A stretch of DNA of 64,000 nt from Eledone cirrhosa (taxonomy: Eukaryota): the NCBI GenBank assembly GCA_964016885.1, contig OZ024745.1, positions 33,170,001 to 33,234,000 of the forward strand, given 5' to 3'. A program made the translations under genes and the position numbers. Positions 10,440 to 23,100 of this stretch are shown here, in pieces. Positions within the stretch are counted from its first letter, which is position 1. Each line of letters starts with the position of its first letter. The notes under the pieces are model-generated. The model was not told the DNA's origin, did not search any database, and worked only from the letters and a program-made list of their open reading frames with translations.

Positions 10440-13400
10440 GTAAGTCTCATATATTCTTTTTATATTTTTACTGGTTTCAGTCATTAGACATTAGCATAAC
10501 TCTCTCTGCTGTAAGCATTTGGTCCAGGGTTCCAGCTTGAGCACACCTTCTTCCCATTAATTAGTCTTGGAGGGCTTAATAAAGGAGTCAAATTCCTCCT
10601 TATCATCATCATTTAATGTCTGTTTTTCCCTGCTAGCAAGGGTTGGGTTAGTTGTCACAAACCAAGTCAGTAGGGGAGGTTGGCAAGTTAGACAGACATC
10701 AGGGGTTCAAGTGGTGGTGTGGGGCGAAAAGAGGGGAGAAAGTATATCATGGGTCTAAGACAGTTTTGTAGTGTTTGACAGGGGGATGAAATAGTGGGGA
10801 AGGGTGATGGTGATGCTGTGTAAAAATGGGGTGGGTGGTGATACAGTGATGGTAAGAGTAGTTTTGAAAAAGTGGCAGTGGGTAAAAAGAAAACACCCCA
10901 AGAAACAAACATATGGGTCAGTGTGAGTATTAGTCCAAACATCTGTGGGAATGGCATGAATATTACACATTCTTCTTTATTTGTTTAGAAATGTTACATT
11001 TCATTTTATACCCAGAGAAGATCACAAGAAATAATAATAATAATGAAATTATTATGTACAGTGCTCAGGTGTACTACAACTCATGAAAGGTGCATGTATA
11101 GTACATAGAATAATGCACAAATGTCAGGAAAGTGAACAGTGTATGAGTCATGATATACATGTGTGCGTGTGTATGGAGGCGGGATATCAGATGTAGTGTT
11201 GGCGAATTTCAGGAAGCATGCAATGGAATTGCAAGTTATATCCAGGATTAAGCTTTTCGTTACCATATTTCTAATGAATGACACTGCCTATGTTTTTCAA
11301 GACATTTTGGAAATAATCAAGTATCAGTAATATAACTAATTTTCTCATTATTTATCTAATGTGTGGAACATAACTTAACAGTGGTTCTTACATAAAATTA
11401 TAACAGAAGGCATGGTCTTAATGATGCCATGACAAAAAGCACCTATTTCACCCTGTATGGTGGTTAGCATTACAAATGGCATCCAGTTGTAGAAAACAAG
11501 GTAAGAAAGGAAGCATATGAACAAGACACTATCACCTAATCTGTCTGGCCTCATAACGTTTATTTTCATGCAAGCATGGAAAATAGATGTCAACCAGTGA
11601 TGATGATGACGATTACTTCTTTAAAATAAACAATTTGTAAATAAAATCAAAGGCGCTTTCAGGCGAATTTATAGCCAGGATAAAATGTTTGTTTAAAGGG
11701 AGATAAATCATGACTTTAAAAAATTCTTTTCCGTCGTAATTATCTCTTCATTATTTGAATATCGCAAGTGACAGTTGTGTTGAGAATCACCTGGTGCAGA
11801 AGCACGCTCATACATACATACACTCATTACTATACTCTGAAGACGTTATTTTGTTCATGTTTAGGGTAGTTGATTCGCAGAAACGTTACGAGTTGGACAA
11901 TATGCTTTGCGGCATATAAGTTATAGCCTAGCCCTCTACATTCTCGTTTTAAATCTAGCTGAGGCTTCAACTTTGCCTTTTATCCTTCTAGAGTTGATAA
12001 AATAAAGTAACAATTAACTACCCCCCACCCCCTCCTCCTCCTCCCAACAAATTGTTGGCCTTGTACCTAAATTAGAAACCCTTTATTTTGTTCATGCTCT
12101 CTATTTGCAGTGCCTCTTTGCTCATTCTCTGAGGAAATTTTCCATAAAGGATTGGTCAATAGAACAGCGTTGGATAGCCGTTTTACTTCCTTTACTTCTT
12201 CTCTATAATGGTAACGTGTCTTCTATTTTTCTTTCTTTTTAAATATTCTACCAAATAAGAAGTATGAGGGTTGACTGGAAAGTTCATAGGCTGACCAAGG
12301 TACTCTCATGGAATGACCAAATGAGGTTTATTTTTTAACATAGCACTTGGAAAGAAACAATGCAGTTATTAATTTGAAGAGTTGAAATTAATGCATCCAC
12401 GATTTCACAGCTCTAGCATCAGTCCTTCATAATCAACCTATGTATTTTTTAGCCAACCCTCATAGTTCAGAGTGGAGACAAGGTCTTATTGAGCTGAGTG
12501 TCTGTGATATGGTTCAGTTTTAATTGCCTATTGTTGCCATTTTCACTTCAATTCACTTATGGTTCTGAGACCATATTGAAGAAGCAACACCAACCTTGCA
12601 TAATCTTATTCCCCAGGTTTATAAATCTGAAATACTCTGTCATGCTCATTGTTTTTGTCACTACTATTCTTTTGACTAGTGAGAAATAAGAACAGTATTA
12701 ATATAACAATGGAAGACCAGAACATTTTTATGGAGCTCATAATTTTACTATAAGTATTGTAATAAAGAAACTTCTGGAATAACGAGAACTACATGTAAAA
12801 CTTTCAATGTTTTGTAAATAATATCATAATATTTTTGTAAATCAGTTCCCGTCCCACCCTTGCAAGCAGGGAAAAGCGGACGTAAAATGAAATGATGATG
12901 ATGATTATCATCATTTTATAGTTATTGTTTCATAACTAACATTAGATATTAGTAAAAAATGTTATAAGTAAAAAAGCTGTCCTTTTTTATGGCATAAGTG
13001 TGCATAAATGTGCTTATCACATTTGCACTATTACATTTACAATTTTTGTAATTCAGCTTTCCATGCTGGAATGGATTGGGTTGGTCATTATAATGTGAGA
13101 CTGTTCATATTCAGAGTTACTGCCCTCCTAGATGTGTCAGAGGGCCAGGTCTTGCTTGAATGTTCCATTTTTGATAAAATCTTTAGGTAAAATATTTATC
13201 AATGGTTTCACAAGTGTCTATATAAACACAGGAAATATGAATGAAAACAATAACTACAAATAGAAGAATAACTGTCAAAGATGAAGAATGGAAATTTTCA
13301 ATTATTTTCTTATAAATCATTGAGTGGTAGATGACCAAATTGGCCCAGTTCTTTGTAGTGCTAGTGATAGGATATCAACAATTAATCAAGTCCAGTGGTC

Positions 13401-15847
13401 TCCACAGGGTTCACTCAAATTTGGGGGTTTGTTTAAAAAAAAGGGTGGTTCCTACAGGTTTGCCAAGTCTTTATGACATTCCAAAGCTATTATTTTTGTT
13501 ATTTTAAAAAAAATGAAATACTATAGTTTTTTTTCATAAAGAAAGAAAAAGGTGTTCACATATATTCGTTCTATCAAATTTAAGGGCCACTTATAAGCCT
13601 CATTAAAATTGTATCATGAAGTATCAAGTTTAAAGGTTCTTTATAGGCCTCACAGTAATATTTGGTGTTTGTATCATGAAATATCAAGTTTAAGGAGTTT
13701 TTATAAATCTGTCAGTAATATTTTATTGGGGTTTGTAGCATGAAAAAAGCATGGAGACTACTCTAATCACTTGATCACACAAAGGTCAATTTCATCACAC
13801 AACACACTATTACAATCAATGAAAAAAATGAAAATGAACACACTATTACAATCAATATCTTGATGTTGTTCTTATATTTTGCAGACCCTATTTTCCCATT
13901 AACATTCTTAGTGAATAGCTGGTTACCTGGCATGTTGGATGGTATATTCCAGGCAACATTCCTTTGTGCATTATTACTTTCTTGGTTGTGTCTTTACCAT
14001 GGCATTCGACAAGTGAGTTGATCATCTTTTTTTTTCTATTGTATTCATGTGTGTGTGTGTGCATAAATTAAAAAGTAATGAAGACTTTTCATATAAATGA
14101 TATAATATACAGCCATGTAAACAGTAATTTAAACCCGGCTGGAGTCAATTTCTTCTAGGATTGATAAAATAAAGTACCAGTCAAATACTGTGGTCATGAA
14201 AAATTTGTTAGAAATCATTTAAAACAAAATCCAAAGAGCTACTTGACCCTTTTGTTAACATATTTCTAAGGAAAGATACTGCTTATGATTTTCAAATAAT
14301 TTTGAATATAATAAAAAATTTGGAGGGATTTAGTAATATACCATATATACTTGAATATAAACCAAAAAATCGAAGGTAAAATGGGGTGTTGGTCTATATT
14401 TGAGTTCAATATTTTGCCGATTTTTACCAACTTCAAATTCCACGTAAATAAGGTGTTAAAATATTTGGAGTGATTATTTTACAATGAAACACTTACATCA
14501 TTATTGCTGTTATTTATGTATTCCCTTGAAAATATTTCCTACAAATTTTTATAATTTGAACTTTATAATACATAAATATCCCATAAACATACATGTATGG
14601 ACACGTGCACTGACATACACACATGCACTGACATACACAAATACACAAATGCACACAGCTTATCGAGTATATATTATAACTAACTTTCTCATTATGTGGC
14701 TGGTGTTTGGAACATAAACATTCTTACATAAAATTATGATGGAAGGTTTTCAGAGAAATACATTTTAAAAATAAACAACTTAGTATTAAAAAAACCAGTG
14801 TCAGTTTTAGGCTGTTTGATATCAATATATGTTTTTTCTGTTTATTTTGTATTTTTATTTCTACAATGTTTTCATTTTTGGTTTTCATTTTCTTACAGAC
14901 AGATCGACGGTTCTCAAAATTCTATTTACCCAAATTATTAGTAGTTGGAATGTTATGGATAGCTGCTGTCACCTTGGCATCTTGGGAACAGTATAATGAG
15001 CTGAGAGATCCAACATTTTATTATCGTTTGGATCACTCTAATTTTATGGTGTGTATTAAAAACGAAAAATGATTCTAACAATGTTGTGTGCATGTGCGCA
15101 TGTATGTGTGTGCATAGAGAGAGAGAGTAACTAAATGTATGTATATTTTACAGTCTCATTGTTTATTTCTCATGTGTTTATATTTTTGAATATCAAAGTA
15201 AACCATTTTATTTTGTAAATGTTTTTTTTCAGGGTTTCAAGATTTTCTTCTTTTGTGTGGGTGGAGTTTATCTCATCTACCTTGGCTACTTGTTAATTCA
15301 AGCGTTTGCTGAATTACAGACGATGCCTTACTTTGGTAAGTAGTTTATAAAGTGCTAAGAATAGATTAAGTGTAGTGTAAAAAAATCAGTCATGCCACGG
15401 AAAGAAAGGGAATGTTAAGAGTATGTATGCGATAGTGATGAAGTAGAGACCGGTAGTGGCAGCAGCAGAGGCCAAATTTTATTTTTCAATCTGGAGTCTT
15501 TATGGAAAGGTAATGGTAAAAGTGTGTGTGAGAGAAAGATAAACGAGATAACTAAAAGAAGGATGACGTTTTAAAACTTCAGTCACACTATGGAAACCGA
15601 TGTGTGTGTAAGAGAGGGGACAATGACAGTGGTGGTGTTGAAATTTTCTCTTTTTAAACCACCTATGCAGTACAAAAAAGAGTTTGTTGTCAAATTATAA
15701 ATGATTAAAACATTTCATTTCGAGAATTTCAGTCATTTGTTAATATAATATTTGCGTATAAATATATATATACCCCCACTCTCAAGAGCGTGAACCTAAT
15801 AAACCTTAGTTTGTACTGCCTCTCTGTTTTTGTTCCCGTCCAAGTTT

Positions 15848-15902
<55 letters not shown>

Positions 15903-18900
15903 TCATCATCATCATCATTGTTTAACATCCATCTTCCATGCTAGCAGGGTTTGATGATTTTGTCCCACTTGAGGTGAGATTGGTCGGGAGACCGTGCCTC
16001 GCTTGGACAGAACTGTCTCTGGCAGGTTTTCTATGGCTGGATGCCCTTCCTAACACGAACCACATTTACAGTGCCGACCTCCTATTTTATACCTTTATAT
16101 CTGAACCCTGTGTATAAGCAAAGGCAGCTAATCAACTCATGTTTAGATGGTGTGGTTTTGAAATTCTCATGGGTGGAGAATATATTTATGAAGTTTTGAT
16201 ATTTTGATGTTTAAAATGTTTAGAGTATAGTTTTTTTTTTTTTTACATTTATGTAACCATAAACTTCCTCTAAAAATCTGTTTAATTCTTTTGAACATTT
16301 TTTGCAGATATAAGGCTGAAGTTCTTGACAGTTTTTATGTTTATAATTCTGCTGGTTTCTGTGGCGATAACATTCTTACGCTTTGGAGGATCTATGCTGC
16401 AAGACAACTTTGTATCCGAGCTGACCACTCGTTACCAGAATTCTGTTGAGTTTGTCTCGTTTTATGGTCTACTGAACTTCTACCTCTACACAATGGCCTT
16501 TGTGTATTCACCTTCGAAAAATGCTATTTATGGTAAGAAAACACATATCATCATCATAACTATCATTATTTAGGGGCTGCGATTGGCAGTATTGGTAGAG
16601 GGTCGGACGCCATGCTTTACAGCATAGTTACGTCCCTTTACGGTCTGAGTTCAAATCCCACCAAGGTTAACTTTGCCTTTCATCCTTACGGGGGTTGATA
16701 AAATAAAGTACCAGTAACGTACTGGGATAATTACTGGCCTTGTGCCAAAAGTAGAAACAATTATTTAACATCTCCCTGCTAACAAGAGTTAGAGAGGTTG
16801 TCACAGACCAAATCAGTACTCTATCAGAGCTACCGACCAATCAGACAGATCAAGGCCCTGCATCTTGTTTAAATACATTCCTGAACTCTAAAAAATGCTC
16901 AGAGAGGCTTGCTGTTACAGCTCATACCTACATAGTTAGCTGGCTTCCTGTGAGGTTGCATCTAATAGGATTCTCAAATGTTTTTAATGATAGGGTTCTT
17001 AGTTCTATCATGAAAAGAACACCCCTCCTCCCACACTTGACCGGATGCTAAACGATTACAGGAGTTAACCTTGCTGCTGGTATTAATTTTTCTAGCTGAG
17101 TGGACTGGAACAACATGAAATGCAAGGAAAACAAGGTGTGTAGTGTTGTGTGTTTCTTTGATATTTGGGGTAACTGCCTACAACTAATTTCTCAAATTCC
17201 TATTGGAAGAGGTTTTCAAGGTATTTTGAGGTTAATTCAGTTGATTGCTCCTGTTAAAAAAAATATTAGTTTAAGCCATTTGTTAACATATTCCTACTGA
17301 AAAACACTATGTAGGATTTTCTATTAATTTTGAAAATAATCAAGAATTTGGTGGGATATTTAGTACTACAACTAACGTATTCATTATTGATCTGGTGTTT
17401 CTAACAACATAAAATTATAATGGAAGGTTTTTAGATAAATGTAAACACTCTGAAATGAAACACATTTGTATCATAGAATTAGGGAAAGTTTTAAGACAGT
17501 TTGGTATTAAAAGGGTTAATAAGTGTTGCCTAAACTTTTATGAAACTGACTTGATTTTGTTTCCCAATGATTTTACAATGAAACACACACATTGTGTGTG
17601 TAACTTTGTTTTCTATGATTCTTCATTAAATTATATTTTTATATTTTAAGAAACTCACTTCAAAGATAATCCAGCTCTTTCTATGTTGAATGATTCTGAT
17701 GAAGAAGTGCATTATGGGTAAGCTTAATCTTTTTTCACTATTCATCACAATCACCACCACTACTACCACCACAACCACAATTACCACCACTATGACAATC
17801 ACTTTCTCTATTGCCCCATTACCACTACTTCTATCATCACCGTTTTTACAATCACCACTACCACATCATTTAACATCTACTTTCCCTGATTGCAAGGGTT
17901 AGACAGGTCTTCACAGACTGAGTTTGTACTGAAGGAGGGCAACTGACCTCTCAGACAAGGTGGAGGTTCATATCTTGCTTACATACAGTTTTGCGTTCTA
18001 CCAAGTGCATTTTATCGTGGCACTAACACAAGAGAGGTTGTTATGACTTTGACACAATTGAAGGGTCCTCCAAACTTATTGTTTGGGAGGCTTTCTACAG
18101 CTGAATCCCTTTCTTAACACCAACCACTCTACAGTGTGTACTGTGTGCTTTTATCATGTAGATCACCAGCAATAATGATAATAAACCATTATATATTGAT
18201 GCCATGATAAAATGTAATTGGTAGAGCACATGAATGAATGTAAGCCCCCAGTCCATCTGAGAGATAATGAAAATAATAATGAAAATTATTGTGTACATTA
18301 CTCAGGTGCACTACAACTCATCAAAGGTACATGTATAGTACATAGAATAATGTACAAATGTCAGGAAAGTGAACAGTGTATGAGTCATGGTACATACACA
18401 GATACATGCGTGCGTGTGTATGGAGGAGGAATATGAGGTATAGTGTTGGCGAATTTTCGGAAGCATGGAAGTTTTGAAGGATGCAGTGTCCTGATGCAGG
18501 GAGCTTGTTCCATGCTTCTACAACTCTGAACGTGAAAAACATTTTCTGAAAGTCATGGGAGCTGTACTGTTTACTGATTTTGTAAGCATGTCCATGGATG
18601 TTAGACATATGGAATTCAAAAAGGAGCTCAGGGTTGTTGTTGGCAAGATGGTTAATAATCTTGTGAGTGTCTACCAAGTCAGTTGCCAGACATCAGAGCT
18701 TTAATGTATCCATGCCCAGGAGAAGCAAGGCGTTCAGAGTATGATAGATGCTTGAGTACTGACTTGGTCTGTGAAGACATGTCCAACCCTCCCTAGCATG
18801 AACGTTAAATAATGATGATAAAAGCATGCACTGTTTTCAACAGCTGATACACCAACTATTTACAATGATCATCATCAATAAGTACAGTTTACTTATGTAT

Positions 18901-19499
18901 TTTGTGGAAGGTGTACCACCATGTTTTTATAATATACGTTAAATATATTATAGTTGTCGGAACATCCTGAGGACAGCTATCAATAAGAACAAACTCAATA
19001 GTACCTATTGGCACTAGGGGGTTGGCCTATATTGTAGGTATAGGTTTAACCCTTTTAATACCAAACCACTTGAAACTTTCCTGGATTTATGATACAAAAT
19101 TGCTTATTTTAAAAATGTTTCTCCTTATATTAAAACCTTCCATCATATATTTTAGAAATTTATGTTAAGTAATGCTTTAAATTTCAACTTACTAATGAAA
19201 AAATTAGTTATTTTATTGAATTTTGTATTTTTAAAATTAATTGAAACACACAAAGACTGTGTATTTCATTAGAAATATGGTAATAAAGAATTATGGTCGA
19301 CTTGTATGTTGTAATATACAGTATGTATTTTCTTCTTCATTAATATATCTACCATATCATCAAACTGTCTTTCTTTATCTTCATGGAATTGTCAATATGT
19401 TTTTCCTGTTGTTGTAGTTCTGACCAGGAAGAGGTATCCCTAACAAGTCGACAGAGACAAATGAATCGTTATGACACCGATGATGACACATTCCACTAG
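10359..19499 (+). CDS. TMEM181: Transmembrane protein 181, 3' part (8 exons; upstream exons not found in the window)
   Basis: Exons 10359-10439, 12111-12210, 13885-14012, 14899-15048, 15233-15335, 16308-16532, 17651-17717, 19418-19499 join in phase (936 nt). The peptides match recalled TMEM181 segments (CLFAHSLRKFS, LVNSWLPGMLD, QDNFVSEL, FYGLLNFYLYT.AFVYSPSKNA, KDNPA.SMLNDSD). Confidence 0.93.
11030..11235 (-). mobile_element. CR1/L2-type LINE 3' end fragment
   Basis: Same sequence as 18275-18470 and 44000-44185, with a (TAA)n tail. Confidence 0.6.
12111..12210 (+). CDS. TMEM181: TMEM181 exon
   Basis: cag|CLFAHSLRKFSIKDWSIEQRWIAVLLPLLLLYN|gtaac. Confidence 0.92.
12265..12462. mobile_element. 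Mariner/Tc1-type MITE (about 200 bp)
   Basis: Imperfect TIRs TGAGGGTTGACTG...GCCAACCCTCA flanked by TA; homologous copies at 29116 and 37102. Confidence 0.75.
13885..14012 (+). CDS. TMEM181: TMEM181 exon
   Basis: cag|(D)PIFPLTFLVNSWLPGMLDGIFQATFLCALLLSWLCLYHGIRQ|gtgag. Confidence 0.92.
14899..15048 (+). CDS. TMEM181: TMEM181 exon
   Basis: cag|TDRRFSKFYLPKLLVVGMLW...RLDHSNFM|gtgtg. Confidence 0.9.
15233..15335 (+). CDS. TMEM181: TMEM181 exon
   Basis: cag|GFKIFFFCVGGVYLIYLGYLLIQAFAELQTMPYF|gtaag. Confidence 0.9.
15900..16075 (-). mobile_element. RTE/partner-SINE 3' fragment inserted at (TA)n
   Basis: (TA)n then (CAT)n, the CCATGCTAGCAGGG hairpin and the GGATGCCCTTCCTAACAC motif. Confidence 0.75.
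16308..16532 (+). CDS. TMEM181: TMEM181 exon
   Basis: cag|(D)IRLKFLTVF...QDNFVSELTTRYQNSVEFVSFYGLLNFYLYTMAFVYSPSKNAIY|gtaag. Confidence 0.93.
16572..16762 (+). mobile_element. tRNA-derived SINE, family 1 (central GCCTTTCATCC...GTCGATAAAA...GTACCAG domain, possibly Meta-like)
   Basis: A box TGGCAGTATTGG and B box GAGTTCAAATCCC. Other copies lie near 11865, 19704, 19931, 26108, 32295, 35830, 43830, 48405, 51460, 55707, 56483 and 56685. Confidence 0.8.
17651..17717 (+). CDS. TMEM181: TMEM181 exon
   Basis: aag|(E)THFKDNPALSMLNDSDEEVHY(G)|gtaag. Confidence 0.9.
18275..18745 (-). mobile_element. CR1/L2-type LINE 3' fragment
   Basis: Minus-strand peptide HGHAYKI...FFTFRVVEAWNKLP is typical of a CR1 ORF2 C-terminus. 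Confidence 0.75.
19418..19499 (+). CDS. TMEM181: TMEM181 last coding exon
   Basis: tag|SDQEEVSLTSRQRQMNRYDTDDDTFH*; correct phase and acidic tail. Confidence 0.8.
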
Positions 19500-19930
19500 A
19501 ATCTCCATTTTGTCCACCATTTTTATTATTATTATTATAACGTAACAATATTTATTTATGTTGTCTATAATAATAATGTTTTTTTTTAAATTGTTTATTT
19601 TTACAATAGGATGTATCGGTAAAGTTCTTATCTTATATGACATTAGAGACGGGCGGCGGATTGGCTGAATGTCGGTAAAGTTCTTATCTTATATGACATT
19701 AGAGACGGGCGGCGGATTGGCTGAATGGTTAGAGTGTTGGATAAAATGCTTTGCAGTATTTATTCCAGCTCTTTATATTTTAAGTTTAAATCCCTCTGAG
19801 GTCAATTTTACCTTTCATTCTTCTGCAGGGGTGGTGTGTCAATAAAATAAAGTATCAGTCATGTACTGGTGTTGATTTATGACCCCAACCCTTGTGCCTA
19901 AATTATTATAGAAACCATTATTATTATTAA

Positions 19931-20150
19931 AGGGCGGTGGATTGGCAGTATCGGTAGAGCGTCGGACAACATGCTTTGCAGCATAGAGTTATAACCCTTT
20001 ACATTCTGAGTTCAAATCCCGCCGAGGTTAGCTTTACCTTTCATCCTTATGGGTGTCGATAAAATAAAGCACCAATAATACACTGGGGTCGGTTTAATCG
20101 ACTTTCCCCTCCCCCAAAATTGTTGGCTTTGTGCCTAAATCAGAAACCAT
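19931..20150 (+). mobile_element. tRNA-derived SINE, family 1
   Basis: GGGCGGTGGATTGGCAGTATCGGTAG head, B box and central domain. Confidence 0.8.
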
Positions 20151-23100
20151 TACTATTATACTAGGGCAGGAGATTGGCAGAATCATTAGAGCATTGGACA
20201 AGATACCGTGTGGAATTTATTCTGGCTCTTTACGATCTGACTTTTTTTGGGGTCAACTTTGCCTTAGTCAATTACTGCGGTCAATATTATTCTCTTTCCC
20301 CCAACTATTCCTGGCTTTGTGGCCTGTGTTAGAAAGAATTTTATATGAAAGATTGTTTCTAAAGAAATATACAGATTCTGTTGGCAATGGTCAAACAGAT
20401 AATGAACTACTTAATCATTTTTTTTCCTCTTGTAAATTATTCTCTGAAAAATTAATTTCCATTTTGGTTTTGAAGGACATTTTGTATGTGTATATATATA
20501 TTTGCTTTGTAACAATATTCCATCTCTATTACATTTAGAACTCTTGAAATGTAGGCAGTGTTTTTGTTTCTATAGCCATCTACACATATTGTTGGAATCA
20601 TTGTTATATTTTAGCCTCAATTATTATATGTATACATCATCATTTTATGTCTGTTTTCCATGCTGGTATAGGCTGAACGTGTCATCCTTTCGAGGTCGAT
20701 AAAAAAAAGTACCAGTCTAGTACTGGGGTTGATTCTTTCTCATTTTCCTCTTTCTCTGGAAGAAATCTTCTGTACTCAGGCCAGGAGAGGGATGGGCTCT
20801 GCCAGGCTTAAAATACCCAAGAAATGCTGTATATCAATACGGCGCCCCCACGACTCCATCAGGAGTTACAGGACCATACATACATATATATATAATATAG
20901 GCTGAACAGGTCATCACTGTTCGAGACTAGACGGGTCAGAGAATTATGTCTTGCTCATAGGTACCATATTTATCTCGGTTTCTATGGTTTATTGCCCTTC
21001 CTAATACTAACCACTTTACAGAGTGTACAGTATACATACATGAAAATAAGTGCAAGCATGGTTGTGTGATTAAGAGGTTAGCTTGGCCGTCATGTAGTTC
21101 TGGGTTTCATCCCAACCACATGACATCTTGAGCTTCTACTATAGACTTGGGCCGACCGATGCCTGTCATGAGGGTGTGTGTGGGTATATATATATATATA
21201 TATATATACAATGTCCATCATGCGAGTATATATGAGTGCACGTGTGTGTGTGTGTGTGTGTGTGTGTCAGTTTACTGCAAGTAACTTCATATCATCAACA
21301 TTTATCTCTCACATGTTCAATGGGTCCCACAGCTTATCAGTTTGATAAATATAAGCAGTATACATCATACTCATAGATAAAGTATGGGTTGGAATCATTG
21401 AAGAGCATATGGTCAATAAAAAAAAAACTGCCTCAAAAGTCTTGTCCAACCCATGCCAGAATGTTAAAATGGATGCAAAAAAAAGATGAACATATTTTAA
21501 CTGAAATTGTGGTTTGAATTTTTTTTCTTTTATTATGTTAATCATAAGATATGTTTGTCTTTGTACAGGGTAAAATTTATTTTCATAGTTATATAGATGG
21601 TGATTTAAAAACACTGCTTAAATTTCTCATTTACCAAACTCATTGCATTTAGAAAGATGATTGAACATTTGTTTAAAATATACAGAGGAAAAAAAATTCC
21701 AGGATATTTTCAGTGGTTTGTAAATAGTACTCTCTCCCCCCTCCCCCACAGAAAGCCTTTCGAACAAACATTGTGTTGCTCTGAAATATTGAATTTTAAG
21801 ACATTACCCCTTTCATTATAATGTTTCCTATGAAAATAAGAATTTGTAGGGATTAGTAAATTAACTTTCTCATGATTTAGCTGGTGTTTGGAACATAACT
21901 TAACAATGGTCCTGACATAAGCAAAAAACACATTAAGACAAACAGTTAGGTATTAAAAGAGTTAAGGTATCAATCACAGAACATCTCTAATAAGCAAGTC
22001 TTCAGGTTTCTGTTGTAACTTAGCTACAGTGGCAGCAGCAAACACTGTCAGTGAAAGAAGATATGACAGAGAGAGCTTTACTTTTACCATGTCCCTTATT
22101 AGGATGGATATTTAGAATATTTTCACTGAAGGGAGATGCTGTATATGATAGAGGGCTACTGTATTACTTACTGTATATAGTGGTCAGTTACTTTCTGTTT
22201 TAGAGGGTTACCTTCTCTGGAAGATAAGACTAATATACATACTTTAAAGAGAGTGTATGTTACTGAATATTGATCCTGAAATATGGGGAATATTCAAAGT
22301 CTTGTTCACCAGTTTTAAGACTATGCAGTGCAACATATTAGAATTATATCATCTCAATTTTGTTAGTGAAAAACCCACAACCATATAAAGTTCACATCAA
22401 ACATCTTTATTTGGGCAATATTTTCTTTTGGCAAAATATAATTTAATGTTTTTCTATAATCAAACATCGCAAACATAAATTAGAAATGAAAATAAAAAAT
22501 TAATTTGAAGCAAATTATAGACAGATTTTCATAACATTCTTGCTCTACACAATTGTTTTTGAATATTTTTCACTTGTAAAATATTTCTGGATATCAGTGT
22601 TATTGTTAAGGAAGATGAGATGAAGTAAATTTTCTTTAGGCCTTTTGTGATCATATTTCTAACAAGATTATATTGCCTTTGTATTTTAATTATCAAAATA
22701 ATCATGAATTATGAGAGGTGTAGTGAAATAACTTTCATCTTAATAAAAACAAACAAACAAATATTAACTGACATGTAATAATGAGATTTTAGTCCAAGAT
22801 TTAAATTTGAATACTTTAATGGAGGCAATTTTAGGCAGGTTGGTCTTTAAAAGGTTAAAATAAATATTTTTAACTACAGCATGTTCTATCTAACTGGAGC
22901 TGCATAGTTGCAAGGACAAACTAGAAATTATATTGCTGTAAATGTAAACATGATTTAGTTTACAGATTTTTATACCTTGATAATAGTGATTGCACTCACA
23001 CAAGAGAAGTATTTGCTGTCTGTTTGTAGTTAGGATTGACGTTGTCATTTAATAAATAGTTAATGACAAATGTGGTAGCTACAAGGACTGCAGATCTTTC

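Noticed and set aside
16572-16665. tRNA genes at SINE heads (also 39668, 46411, 48083)
   Set aside because: A/B boxes only, no full cloverleaf, and they continue into SINE bodies.
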